This document shows, piece by piece, positions 11,837 to 24,903 of a DNA stretch of 43,459 nt. Position numbers and translations under genes: made by a program. The notes under the pieces are model-generated. The model did not search any database. It was not told the origin of the DNA and saw nothing but the letters and a program-made list of their open reading frames with translations. This DNA is from Nemertoderma westbladi. Taxonomy: Eukaryota; Animalia; Xenacoelomorpha. Numbering within the stretch: position 1 is the stretch's first letter; each line of letters starts with the position of its first letter. The stretch spans positions 1 to 43,459 of the forward strand of contig JAUCBJ010005564.1 in the NCBI GenBank assembly GCA_032718475.1. The letters run 5' to 3'.

Positions 11837-13283
11837 GTATGTCTTTTAGAGCAGAATTTACGTAAAGCTGTTTTAGTAGAAATCCAAAATAAAAAAAAAT
11901 GTATATTCTTAGTTACCACTGCAACAACAAATATACTAGAATGATATGATATAATTTTACTACATTGATTAATTGTTAGACATAATAATTATAGTTCCTA
12001 AAATCATATTTTCATTTTTTATTTGTTGTTTTTAATCATTACAATTCTTGGTACCGGTAACTTTAAAATGTTGTAGAACCAAGCTTATAAGTTCCATTAC
12101 GTCACATTAACATTACTAACGTACAAACGGCAGAGCATTACTACTGTACATAACATACCATACCACCACACCAGAAGGGCAATTGTTATTAGAATGTGAA
12201 GGATGCGATGTTAGGCCATTCCGCGAACCAAATTTTACCAACCGGCGCTCCACTTTAATATTACATTGTTAATGTAATCGATTCCAATTCAATTGCGGCA
12301 ATCTGTTGCCCCAAATTTGGGAAATGAATTTTGTTTAGCGTCGCAACGGCTTTAATTAGCCGTCCCCCTTGGGACTATATGAATCATTTATATATTTATT
12401 ATTGATCTGTAAGTCCCTTCATTGGAAGCTTCTTCCGGCCAATTATAAGTGCTTTGTATTCTATCGGTTTTTATTATCATATACGTATAATAAACGATTT
12501 TTTATAATAAAAGCCCCACTGTTTTGGTTCCCCTCTCCCATTATCTTTGTAAGTAGTTTTAGCAGCAACATTCAGAAATATATTTCACGAAACTAATTAA
12601 AGTAGCTTTATTTGGTTTATATTTAAACTTTTATGTTGTTTGAATTTTACACTCAAAGATGATATTATTCTACAGACAAAGAAAAAGGAAGTAATTGGTA
12701 CGTTACTGTTGGCAGCATTATTTGAACATCATAAAACATTATTATTTTGTAACGGAGTTGATATTACTCTTAATTAATAAAGGTAATATCCATTTTGAGT
12801 CCGTATTCGCAATTCTCACGCGACTTCATTTAAAATAGGGTTAATTTTTTAAATTAAATTTCCCACTAAATATTAAGTAGTTAGGACAGTTTCGCGAGTG
12901 GTGACGTGTCGACATTATAATTTTTATAATTTTTATTTTGCCTCTATAAATTAAAATATCAGCTTAGAATTATTGGAGCCAGCCAATTAGATGGCCAGCT
13001 AGCCAGCCACCCTGTAATGGTAGCACCATAGTAGTACCTGGTCATCATGGTGGTAGGTCTTTATCATGCTAGACAATTACGACCATAGATTGCCTCGCAA
13101 CAATTATCCTAGCTTTTAATGATACTCACTCATTCAGCCACAAAAGTAGAATGCTGGAAAACATGATTTTGGAAACAGTACTGAACTGAAATGTTAACCA
13201 TAAAACAAGTATAGTATTATTGTACAGTAGGCTAGCCTTCAAATAATTATCCATTTCAATATACTGTACGTGTTGTATTAAAG

Positions 13284-13439
13284 GTAAAGTTTGTTCGCTT
13301 CTCGATCTATATTGGCAAGAAGACAGTGTGACGGCTGTTGGTTGGTGTAACGACGGAGTAACAATTGCGGTCGGTACTCAAAGGGGTCGCGTCCAGCTAT
13401 GGGATACGGTGGCGGGGAAAAAACTATCTACAGTCAACG
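13284..13439 (+). CDS. FZR1: Fizzy-related/Cdh1, coding exon 3 (not in the ORF track)
   Basis: Acceptor TTAAAG|GT; translates GKVCSLLDLYWQEDSVTAVGWCNDGVTIAVGTQRGRVQLWDTVAGKKLSTVNG (WD repeat); donor ACG|GTTAGT at 13440. Confidence 0.9.
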
Positions 13440-15056
13440 GTTAGTTGGGAAAATAGGGGGAAAAACTATCTACAGTCAACGGTTAGTTGGGAAAATAGGG
13501 GGGAAAGACTATCTACAGTCAACGGTTAGTTGGGAAAATAGGGGGAAAAACTCACTACAGTCAACGGTTAGTTGGGAAAATAGGGGGAAAAACTACCTAC
13601 AGTCAACGGTTAGTTGGGAAAATAGGGGGAAAACTATCTACAGTCAACGGTTAGTTGGGAAAATAGGGGGAAAAAACTATCTACAGTCAACGGATAGTCG
13701 GGAAAATAGGGGGAAAAACTATCTACAGTCAAGGTTAGTTGGGAAAATAGGGGGAAAAAACTATCTACAGTCAACGGTTAGTTGGGAAAATAGGGTGAAA
13801 AGACTATCTACAGTCAACGGTTAGTTGGGAAAATAGTGGAAAAAAACTATATACAGTCAACGGTTAGTTGGGAAAATAGGGGAAAAAAATTATCTACAGT
13901 CAACGGTTAGTTGGGAAAATAGGGGGAAAAATAATCTACAGTCAACGGTTAGTTGGGAAAATAGGGGAAAAAAATTATCTACAGTCAACGGTTAGTTGGG
14001 AAAATAGGGGGAAAAACTATCTACAGTCAACGGTTAGTTGGGAAAATAGGGGGAAAAAACTATTTACAGTCAACGGTTACTTGAGAAAATAGGGGGAAAA
14101 AAACTATCTACAGTCAAGGTTAGTTGGGAAAATAGGGGGAAAAATAATCTACAGTCAACGGTTAATTGGGAAAATGGGGGGATAAAACTACCTACAGTCA
14201 ACGGTTAGTTGGGTAAATAGGGGGAAAAACTACCTACAGTCAACGGTTAGTTGGGAAAATAGGGGGAAAAAACTATTTACAGTCAACGATTAGTTGGGAA
14301 AATAGGGGGAAAAACTATCTACAGTCAACGATTAGTTGGGAAAATAGGGGAAAAAACTATTTACAGTCAACGGTTAGTTGGGAAAATAGGGGGAAAAACT
14401 ATCTACAGTCAACGGTTAGTTGGGAAAATAGGGGAAAAAAACTATCTACAGTCAACGGTTAGTTGAGAAAATAGGGGGAAAAACTATCTACAGTCAACGG
14501 TTAGTTGGGAAAATAGGGGGAAAAAACTATTTACAGTCAACGGTTAGTTGAGAAAATAGGGGGAAAAAACTATCTCAGTCAAGGTTAGTTGGGAAAATAG
14601 GGGGGAAAAATTATCTACAGCCAACGGATAGTTGGGAAAATAGGGGGAAAAACTATCTACAGTCAACGGTTAGTTGGGAAAATAGGGGGAAAAACTATCT
14701 ACAGTCAAAGGTTAGTTGGGAAAATAGGGGGAAAAACTATCTACAGTCAACGGTTAGTTGGGAAAATAGGGGGAAAAACTATCTACAGTCAACGGTTAGT
14801 TGAGAAAATAGGGGGAAAAACTATCTACAGTCAACGGTTAGTTGGGAAAATAGGGGGAAAAAACTATTTACAGTCAACGGTTAGTTGAGAAAATAGGGGG
14901 AAAAAACTATCTCAGTCAATGGTTAGTTGGGAAAATAGGGGGAAAAACCATCTACAGTCAATGGATAATTGGGAAAATAGGGGAAAAACTATCTACAGTC
15001 AACGGTTAGTTGGGAAAATAGTGGAAAAAAACTATATACAGCTAACTATTAGTTGG
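13413..15056. repeat. ~42-43-bp minisatellite, ~38 copies, spanning the fzr exon 3/intron 3 boundary
   Basis: Unit GGGGGAAAAACTATCTACAGTCAACGGTTAGTTGGGAAAATA; the first copy overlaps the last 9 codons of exon 3. Confidence 0.95.
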
Positions 15057-15183
15057 AAAGTATGGGAAACTGCGTGGGAAAAAATATTTACAGAAAAATT
15101 ATTTGTTGGTCAGGTAAACCTATGTGGTAAATATAATATAAAAAATATATATAAATATAAAAATCTATTTTTATTTACATCAG

Positions 15184-15456
15184 GTCACTCTAGTCGCGTG
15201 GGAGCTCTCAGTTGGCATGGCAACCGACTGGCGTCCGGCAGTAGAGACCGGACAATCCAACTGTACAACAGCAAACAACCCAGGGGGGGCGGCGGGGAAA
15301 ATACCACAACCGAGGGTCGTCTAACGGCCCACAGACAGGAGGTCTGTGGGTTGCGGTGGTCCCAGGACGGAACCAGACTAGCGTCTGGGGGGAACGATAA
15401 TCGGTTGTGCATCTGGGAGGCGAGGAACGTCGCTCAGCCATTGTTTCAGTTTACCG
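15184..15456 (+). CDS. FZR1: Fizzy-related/Cdh1, coding exon 4
   Basis: Acceptor CATCAG|GT; GHSSRVGALSW, LASGSRDRTI, HRQEVCGLRWS, LASGGNDNRL; donor G|GTACGT at 15457. Confidence 0.93.
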
Positions 15457-15582
15457 GTACGTGTACCGGTACACCTTAGCCTACTTTGTGTACCGGTATG
15501 TGTTTATATATTTATGTAGGCCTATCATTTTTATTATTGTAATATATTTTGAATCCTAATTAAATATTCTAATATATTTTAG

Positions 15583-15797
15583 AACACCAAGCGGCAGTGA
15601 AGGCTATCTCTTGGAGTCCCCACCAACACGGTGTATTGGCTAGTGGGGGTGGGACAGCAGATCGCTGTATTCGGTTCTGGAACACTCTCAATGGTAAATT
15701 ATTGAACTGTAGCGATACAGGCAGCCAAGTCTGTAACATTGCTTGGTCTCCCCATTCAAATCAACTTGTCTCCAGTCACGGTTACAGCCAAAACCAG
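15583..15797 (+). CDS. FZR1: Fizzy-related/Cdh1, coding exon 5
   Basis: Acceptor TTTTAG|AA; EHQAAVKAISWSPHQHGVLASGGGTADRCIRFWNT...GSQVCNIAWS...SHGYSQNQ; donor CAG|GTGCGT at 15798. Confidence 0.93.
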
Positions 15798-16399
15798 GTG
15801 CGTAGGGGGGTTGATGTTTTTTAGCATTCTTTAATTTTTAAATTTCAATCTTTAACATACTTTAACATTTTTTTCGGTTTTAACCATATTTTTGGTTATA
15901 ATTATGTATTTATAGTAAATTTTTGTTGTAGGCCTATCTATGAATTTTGTTCGCGAAATATTGATTATAGAAGGCCCTAATTATACAGGGCGTGGGAGAA
16001 ATTAAAGATCCTAAAGATCGACATCACAAATTATCCCAATCTATGTTCTCTTTAACTTTCCCTCACATTTCTCTCCCTGTATTCCGTCTGGGCAGATTAA
16101 CTTACAAAAATTTGTCGAATATTGTTAATTTTATTTTATTTTGAGTAAAACAAATTCGCTTAAATTATTTATTTTATAAAAATGTAAGTTTAAAAATCTC
16201 ACAAACAGAAATATAAGGTTTTAGTAAATCGAATGTTATTCTGAGTTTTGTGCGTTATTTTATTTTTTGGCCTTGTTAGGATTCCAACAAATGTGTGAAT
16301 GAAAACAATTATAGATAATCCCATTTAAGCTTCATTTCATTCTTACATTTTCACGTGTTTTTTATTTCATTTTTTATACAAACAATAATTATGTTTCAG

Positions 16400-16609
16400 C
16401 TGATTGTGTGGAAATATCCAATGATGCGTCGTTTAGCCAATCTCACGGGACATACCATGAGAGTACTCCATATGGCTCCGTCACCAGATGGCGTTGCCGT
16501 GGTAACAGGAGCGGGAGATGAGACACTGAGGTTCTGGAACGCGTTCCCCAAAGGCAAAGTGAGAACGAACTCGCGTTCCTGTCTGGATATGTCAACCCAG
16601 CTTAGATAA
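16400..16609 (+). CDS. FZR1: Fizzy-related/Cdh1, last coding exon
   Basis: Acceptor TTTCAG|C; LIVWKYP...[17 protein letters not shown]...[13 protein letters not shown]; ends STQLR-stop (IR-tail variant). AATAAA near 16857. Confidence 0.93.
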   Translation: MIVWKYPMMRRLANLTGHTMRVLHMAPSPDGVAVVTGAGDETLRFWNAFPKGKVRTNSRSCLDMSTQLR

Positions 16610-19589
16610 CGAGAGATCAGCTGGTGGAGGTTGCAATCAAGAGTCAGTCAAGTTGGTACAGTGAAATTCGGCACCGATTGTTTATGCAAAATGGTGAAAT
16701 AGTTATTTGTTAACTGGTTCTAATTGTTTTGTAATTATTTATTTTGGTAACTTGTCTACTGAATAATTAACTGATCAATGTTTATTAGTAATTGATATTA
16801 TTATTATCGTCTTCTTTTGAGATCTACTTTCCACAATTAAATTTTTATAATAATTATAATAAATTTCATATTTAATTCCTTGTCGTGTTTGATTTTAATT
16901 TTCTGTAGTTTTAGTTTTTTTTATAAATGTACAGTTTTAGCTTTGCGCTAAACTAACTGTACCCAATATACTTCGCATAGGTGTTACATTCCATTTCGAA
17001 CACATTTGAGCAGACTAGAATTGTCTAGGATGTATGTGGAATTATGTGCCTTCAAGTAAATTAACATAAGTTTTAAGGAGGGAGCTATTGTTGCCAGTAT
17101 TAATTAAAGTAGGACGATGCTTAAAGGTGTTGCTATAACGCAACACTAAGCACAAACAAACCCAAGCGCACAAACAGGTAATATGGTGTTGCTTTGTAAA
17201 TATTATATTATAAAAGCCAGTAGTTATATACATTGGTATATATCGGTTGTTGTAATATTATTGTAGTTCTATTTTTTTTTTAATTAGGCCCTACTATTTT
17301 TATTGTGTTATGAACGGAGTACAGTAGAGTGTAGTATATTATTATTATATAACTTAGTAAATTTGTAAATATAAACCGTTTTTATTTGATGCCGTCAACC
17401 ACTGCTAGTTGACAATAAGGTGATATAAAGTAAAAACCGTTGCACGTGATCGGTTTGCACTAATGCTTACTGTCGGCAGTAATATAAAGTCGTTGTGCAT
17501 GTAAAGTTCATTAAAAAGTGTAGAACTATAAAATTATGAACACAATATTGCAAGAGTTGCGGAACACTTTTATGGAACAAAAATAACCACTGTTACCAAA
17601 ATATACGGAGATGTCAGATAATATTTGGTAACGTAAATAGACTGAATTAATTAGTTTTATTATATTTTTGAGTTAATGGCGAAAAATGAACGCAAACACG
17701 ACTATGTGTATAGAGTTTGTGTTTAGAGGGTTTAATAAGTTAATTAAATTTGATTAAAAACATTAAAGGAAAGGAACTGGTCACAGTGGCGGTGTTTTCT
17801 AACCAAAACAATAAATAAACTTTTTTCACTTGCGGCCAATTTGCGCCAATAAGATAATATAAACCATCGGGTCATTCGTTAATAAAAACGGTTTTCGTGT
17901 CAATCTTTTAGGTCACAATATCAACGGTAACTGTTAGATCAGTGCTGTTATTGTTAAATGTTATTTTTTATAAAGTTGTATTATTACGACTACGTTATTT
18001 TAATTGGGAGCCTTTTTGATGCAGATTTTTTGTCTATGATGGTGCGTACTATGTGTACCGCCAATACATGTGCACATAAATCATTGTATGTTGCAGTGCG
18101 TGTACGGACCTGCGTCCTACAGTTTTGTGCGTACAAATAACATGTGTCTATCGTTTATGTTGGTTTGTCTTTAATTAACAATCGTCCGATAATAAAAGGT
18201 TTTGAAAATAAAAGTTAAATTTTACTAATTGGTATAATTAATTGAACGATGTTAAAATAACTTTAGTTGTATATGTAGTTAAAAGTTGTACCGGTATGGG
18301 TATTTCTTAAAAGTTTGTAAGTATATTATATTATTATTATTTAAATAGAGTAATTAGAAGTAAGTAAAATTTATTTATAAGTCACAAAACTGTTATTTTG
18401 AGAAAATTTATAATTATGCAATGTAAACAATAATTCAAAGTTCACAGAGAACAAAAATTTGTAAACCGATGCCAATCCTTGGTTGTAACAGTCCCGGGAT
18501 CTCTGCTGCATGCGTCATCAATAATTAATATCAATATATCGGTGATACAAACTATTATTTAAGGTGTTGAACCTATTATTGTTGTTCCGGACAAAAAGAT
18601 AACGATTTAGTGACTTATAAATTCAACAGATTTCATATTTTTATATTGAAAACTTGGAGTGAGAAAGGCGAATGTCCAGGTACGTGGTTTGTTGTCCTGC
18701 GATGTCCACTCACTTCTAAGCCATTTATCTTATTGGTGTTTGGGGAGCTAATATTGACTGCAAGTACCTAGAATTGATCCGAGACTCCAATAGTCTGCGG
18801 TAGGTGGAACTAACTATTACTCACAAACTCATCATATGATAATCACTGACTGTTGTAGTTCTTACAGGTTTTACTATATTTGTTTAATTAATAAATATAT
18901 ATATTTTCTATTTATTTCTCGAGGCCATAAATGCTGCGAATTTTAAAAATTTGAGGTTTAAACCTCAAAGGTATATGTTTTGTTTTTATAAAGGTTAATG
19001 TTATTGAATAGGAGCAAGATAATGACAGGTTTAATTAAATTTATTAAGTCCAGTTCAATAATTTATGGTATTGTTTAAAACATTATCATTAATGTTTTAA
19101 CATATAGCTTAACATATAATATAACACTTTATTAAAACACGAATAAGTTTCTTTATCCATTTCTTCCATGGAACTTTCTTCAAACAAATTAATTTCACTA
19201 ACCAGACAAAAATTAAAACAATTATTTGTCATTCCCACACCGAGAGAACCAAACTCATTATCTTGCTCGATGTTTATCGCATGGTGATCCGTATTTTTAC
19301 ACGAGAAGTACTTTCTACTATTAAATGTTTAATATTGTGTGAAGTCGACTATTCGATCTGCTTTAAACAGAAATATATTTATTAGTAATTTAAGGGCATT
19401 GACGAAACCGAGCTATTTATCCAACGCAACTTATTATTCTTACAAATTAACCTTTTAAATAATAAATTTGTAACAATAATTTTGATAATTTCAAATTAAA
19501 AGTGTTAAATAAATAATAAATTGACGTATTTATTAATATAGAACGATATTTTCAATATATTGAGTATGGGGCAACTCATAGAAGAGAGA

Positions 19590-20415
19590 GTTATACTGTC
19601 CGAGTCCGAGTGTCCGGGTCATATACTGTCCGAGTCCGAGTGTCCGGGTCATATACTGTCCGAGTCCGAGTGTCCGGGTCATATACTGTCCGAGTCCGAG
19701 TGTCCGGGTCATATACTGTCCGAGTCCGAGTGTCCGGGTCATATACTGTCCGAGTCCGAGTGTCCGGGTCATATACTGTCCGAGTCCGAGTGTCCGGGTC
19801 ATATACTGTCCGAGTCCGAGTGTCCGGGTCATATACTGTTCGAGTCCGAGTGTCCGGGTCATATACTGTCCGAGTCAGAGTGTCCGGGTCATATACTGTC
19901 CGAATCCGAGTGTCCGGGTCATATATTGTCCGAGTCCGAGTGTCCGGGTCATATACTGTCCGAGTACGAGTGTCCGGGTCATATACTGTCCGAGTCCGAG
20001 TGTCCGGGTCATATACTGTCCGAGTCCGAGTGTCCGGGTCATATACTGTCCGAGTGTCCGGGTCAACTACTGTCCGAGTCCGAGTGTCCGGGTCATATAC
20101 TGTCCGAGTCAGAGTGTCCGGGTCATATACTGTCCGAGTCCGAGTGTCCGGGTCATATACTGTCCGGGTGTCCGGGTCATATACTGTCCGAGTCAGAGTG
20201 TTCGGGTCATATACTGTCCGAGTCCGAGTGTCCGGGTCATATACTGTCCGAGTCCGAGTGTCCGGGTCATATACTGTCCGAGTCCGAGTGTCCGGGTCAT
20301 ATACTGTCCGAGTCCGAGTGTCTGGGTCATATACTGTCCGAGTCCGAGTGTCGGGGTCATATACTGCCCGAGTCCGAGTGTCCGGGTCATATACTGTCCG
20401 AGTGTCCGGGTCATA
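19590..20415. repeat. 30-bp minisatellite, ~27 copies with some 24-bp deletion variants
   Basis: Unit ATATACTGTCCGAGTCCGAGTGTCCGGGTC; left copies near-identical, right copies more variable. Confidence 0.95.
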
Positions 20416-20686
20416 AAGTCCGGAAAATCTATTGCTCTGCTCTGCTCTGACCGATAAAATGCTCTCTGGAATGTTTCATAGTTCTAAAGGGGTAGTGGTG
20501 AGGTGATTATTACAATGATAAAAAAACATTATCCCATCACTGAATGAATTATAATAATAATAATATTTTAATAGAATTTAAAAAATAAATAAATACCTGC
20601 CTCGGTGGAATTACCTGAACCTGTTATTATAATTAAGAGACATAAACGTAGACAATAAACGAAAAACCGATCCGTTAACCCAATCA

Positions 20687-21427
20687 TTAAAATATACCGT
20701 GTTCGATTAATGGCTTATCATCCAAAAATCGGGTTGGCGAGAAACATTTTAAGTCGATGGTTTTATAGGAGTTGTCGCATATTAATTCAGCGATACCTCG
20801 ACCCACCGCTGGGGACTGCTGGAGTCCGTGTCCACTAAACCCCGTCGCCACTAACATATTGGAGAACGGGTAGTGCAGACCCATCAACCCGTTCTGGTCG
20901 AAGTAGTTGTAGTCGTAGTAACCCGCCCACGCACTTTTTACTTTCAGTTTCTCGAAGGCGGGAACTCTGTTGGCTAAAACTGGCCAGATTTTCTCTTCGA
21001 AGAAACGATAGTCGACCTCCAGGTTGGAGTGGTCGGGTTCTTCTTCCTCGGTGGGGGATTTACCGACCAGATAGAACCCGCCCAGACCCTCCCGTCTGGC
21101 GTAGACCCCGGACGGGTCCACAAGGAAGGGGAAGTCCAACCCCGGCCCGTCGGGGCAGTGCACCACGTAGATGAAACGCTTCCGGGGTTCCACCGGGATC
21201 GGGAGGATGGGAGCGCTCCCGGGAGGGAGGGAGCGTTGGAGACGAGCGACCAGGTCCCCGGACCAGGCCCCGCAGCAGTTCACGAACGCCTCTACCGGCC
21301 GCACGTAGAACTGGCTCCCGTCCTCCGCGCGCGCGCTCATGCGGGTCACGTGGTACGTCGTCCGCCCGTATTTGTCCGGGTTACTCGACGACGGAATTTC
21401 CTCCAGTTCGAAGTTTTCCGCGTTCCC
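20687..21427 (-). CDS. FOXRED1: FAD-dependent oxidoreductase domain-containing protein 1, exon 2
   Basis: Acceptor TTGTTACCAG|GGG, phase 0; VNCCGAWS, PVEPRKR, PFLVDPSGVY, SAWAGYYDYN, ATGFSGHGLQQSPAVGR. Confidence 0.92.
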   Translation of the reverse strand, partial: GNAENFELEEIPSSSNPDKYGRTTYHVTRMSARAEDGSQFYVRPVEAFVNCCGAWSGDLVARLQRSLPPGSAPILPIPVEPRKRFIYVVHCPDGPGLDFPFLVDPSGVYARREGLGGFYLVGKSPTEEEEPDHSNLEVDYRFFEEKIWPVLANRVPAFEKLKVKSAWAGYYDYNYFDQNGLMGLHYPFSNMLVATGFSGHGLQQSPAVGRGIAELICDNSYKTIDLKCFSPTRFLDDKPLIEHGIF

Positions 21428-22198
21428 CTGGTAACAAACAGATTAAATATGTTATAAAGTAAAGTATTATTTTAACTGCGTTATTTAAAAAATACAAATA
21501 AAAAATAAGGTTAGATAGTTAGACAGGCCCATCAAAAAAAAAAAAACGTGTTCAAAAAAAATTGAAACAATTCTTCAGCAGTAAGCCAGCTTGCATATTG
21601 CGACCAAAAGCAGAATAAAGAACTTAGCACTTTATTACGTACCGGTACTGTAACCTAGTGATATTAACAAATAAACTGAAAGTATAAATTATTGTGGATT
21701 CCAGTCTAGTGTAAGTAAACTCCTGCGGTATTGAGTGTCTGGTCTGTGCATTGTTTTAGGGGGCGTTCAGGGGAGGGGGAAGGGGGGGGGGGGGGGGGGG
21801 GGGTCGAGTTTGCGTGACATCGTCACGGCGATTATTTTTAGATGAGTGGGTAACTTTAAGGAAAACTACAAGCTCAATAACATTGGGTATAATCGATAAC
21901 TTGAGGAGGACATAGAAGCCATTGACTCCGAATACCTGTTTAATACAGGAGCCAGGACCGCCACACTAACTGAATAACTACCCATATCCAATCCAAATTT
22001 ACCTCCACAGCGGATGCGATGCAAGGTTCCCCTTGTATGGCTGGGTTTGTGTAAGCAGCAACAGACTTGCTAAGGTCACACCAGTGCGAAATTTATACAG
22101 CATTATTACTCAGATTTTAACCTGCGCCACAAAAAATGGGCTAATAAATTGTGAATCAGGTTCAACATTGTAGATTGTGCTAATTAATTCTGACTCAC

Positions 22199-22888
22199 TT
22201 TAATAAAACTGATTCCCTGTGTGTAACTGAGTTCCTTTCTAATAGCGGAATGAAGTAACCATGGATCGAACCAGCCCTCGTTCTCCAACCCGTAGGTGCC
22301 CACGGCCAAACCCTCGGTGTTTAACCAAGGGAACCTATTGGACAGCTGTCCCTCGTCTAACAGTTCGATACTCGCGCCACATCTCCGTTGCGTATCCAAG
22401 TTGTCGGTAACTCGCTCTATGTGTTCTCTAGGAGATAATAATAGGTAACCTTGTGGGTTGAAGGAAATACTTGGAGGTTGTTCGCCTTCCGCTAAAGATA
22501 AATTTTTTAAGTTAAATTGTAACTCCGCGAGGAACTTGTAGGAGTCCATAGCGAGTTTAACGTTGGGTTCCAGGGAGAATTGTTGGCGAATTCCTCCGGC
22601 GGCGAGCGGAGTTGATGATCTCGAGTAGGTAAAGTCGCGTTCGATTATCGCGATTTCGCCTTGATAATGTTTAACTCGCAGCCAATAGGCGACGAAACAT
22701 CCAATTATTCCGCCCCCGATGATGCAGATATTTGGACGGCTCTCCCCGCCCTCCAGCATGAGTTCCTGTTCCGGGGTAAAGAACTCGTTGCCGGGGAACA
22801 TGCCGACGATTCCGTCGCGTTGATCCGAGCGCGAGCGACGTCCGGTACGGCGTCCGAGCCGACACCGGGAGAGTAAGTGAGTAAACAT
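22199..22888 (-). CDS. FOXRED1: FAD-dependent oxidoreductase domain-containing protein 1, exon 1
   Basis: Arg-rich presequence-like N-terminus, Rossmann IIGGGIIG, STPLAAGGIRQQFS, EGWFDPW; donor AAA|GTGAGT at 22198. Spliced product 476 aa. Confidence 0.92.
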
Positions 22889-24903
22889 TGTATAATCTTT
22901 ATGTGGACCAGTGTTACCTGGTTACTCACTTTTGCACTTAAATACAGAAATAGGTCAGTAGGTGGTACGAATGTATGCAGTTCAGTTAGTACTGTTACTG
23001 TATACCGGTAGTCAGTAGTAGGGCTGTAGCGTAGCCCTAGCACAAAGCCCACCCCACTGTACTGGGTACCGGTGCGATATTTCTTGTCCTCGACAGCTAA
23101 AGGAAGATGGCACTAGGCTGAAACAAACAATTGAACTGAAAAGTAATCGAATTCCAAATATGATGTACCGGTACTGAAGTAGGGCCTATACCTGTATACA
23201 GCATTTGATACAAGCTTTGGGGGTTGGCTTTAAAAACATGTTTGCTCTTAGGAGAATTCAAACTTCCCGCTTGAATTGACTGACATCGTTGAAGAGCCGA
23301 CTTGTTTTTAACAATTCCTGGACCCTGGGACCAGTATACCTACTACAGTATATCGTTAAAAGCAGGTCTGCTCGTGGACTTACGATAACATCTGCAGGTA
23401 AAAACTGCCTCAATGGAGAATCTGCACATGCAATATGATAGATCTCCTGTAGAAAGATTACTGTCACAGTTTCATATTATAGTCCGATACTGCGCCAGAT
23501 CTGGGTTGGTTCCGACTACGACGTTTAGAGAAAGTGATATCTATAGTTATTACTTCGGGAAAAGTTAAATATTGATGAGTGATGATTTACCGGTACGTGA
23601 TGTTCGATCATCTGTATCCTAAAGGGCGTAAATCTCCCCGAAAACTTGTAAAAACCAAACCATATACTTACAGTACAGTAAAAGTGGGGTTGGTAATTTA
23701 ACATCGGATCGGATATTATTCGGCGACCCCGAATATTAGCTGCAGTTAGAACTACTGGAACGGTACTGCTGCTACGTAATAAATAAATAGTAACTGTTAT
23801 GTACATAACAGTATATTTAATATAAACAAGTACAAGTAGCACAAAAAAACTTGAAAAAAGCACAGGACTACAGATTACATAACATATAAGTAAGACTTAT
23901 AGACTAGTAGGTAAGACTAGTAAATCGGTCATTAATCATTATTATTATCATCAATCTGTCAATCGGTAAACTTGCCATTAATTGATTGATAAAATTATGT
24001 TAATCTGTCAATCGGTAAACTGGTAATAATAATAATCATTACTGCCGAGTACTAGATTTATTGTATTTAATGTGTTGAAATATATCCAAGCATTAAAACC
24101 AATTCATCCCGATCGAATCCGTCACCTCAAAAGTAGGCCTACCCTACATATATTATTATTTGTAAGTATATTACAAATCTCCCTAAAGTTAGTTATATTA
24201 ACACGCCAGTCATCACCCTGCGGTATATTAGAGTATGTTACTGGTACTGCATTCTTATTTGTTCTTAAATTATGCACATTACAGAATATATATTACCAAG
24301 ACCCCTACAATTTTCCCCACCCTTAGTACGGCAGTCACACAGAGCAAGATGATCCAAAAAACATACTGGTGACTTTAATGTACCAAGAATACTATGAGTA
24401 AACGTTACAAAGCGGAAGCGCTTGCAAAGATTAACAATAAATCGGTGCGAATTGTGTCCTGCCGCGTCTGTTATTTATTTATATTCCACGTAGTTAACAA
24501 GCGCTGACATTTTGGGCAGACCACATATCATATCCCATATGGATACGATATCCCGAGACAGGGGGGGGGGGGGGGGGGGGGAAACTCGACGCAAAACCCG
24601 CCTTGGCGAATTAATATCCCGCCTCAATGTTAAATTCTCAATTTAGGGAAAGGAGCAGGTTACAGTGGCACGTTATTTTAACCAAAACAATAAACTAATC
24701 ACAATAGAACAGGTTACAGTATTATTTTTGAGAGTAATCAGCTGTTATTTGCGTCCTTCCTGACAGCCCCTGACACTGGTTCATTACGTTTTTTTTTCAC
24801 AAAATAATAATAATTAAGGGTTTCGTTTAGCATTAACGTTAAATTAAATTTATTCATTATTACTCAGAAAAATATGCCTATTAGTTAATTTATAAAATAA
24901 ACC

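Noticed and set aside
13399-15183. ORF 13399-13824 and the N-terminal part of ORF 14919-15479
   Set aside because: Intronic minisatellite translations; the real exons are 13284-13439 and 15184-15456.
19533-20450. Repeat ORFs (SESECPGHIL)n and (VRVRVSGSYT)n
   Set aside because: Translations of a 30-bp minisatellite; several frames are equally open.
23258-23863. Possible extra gene between NUBPL and FOXRED1
   Set aside because: One acceptor-like TTCTACAG is present, but no recognisable protein; may be FOXRED1 5' UTR sequence.
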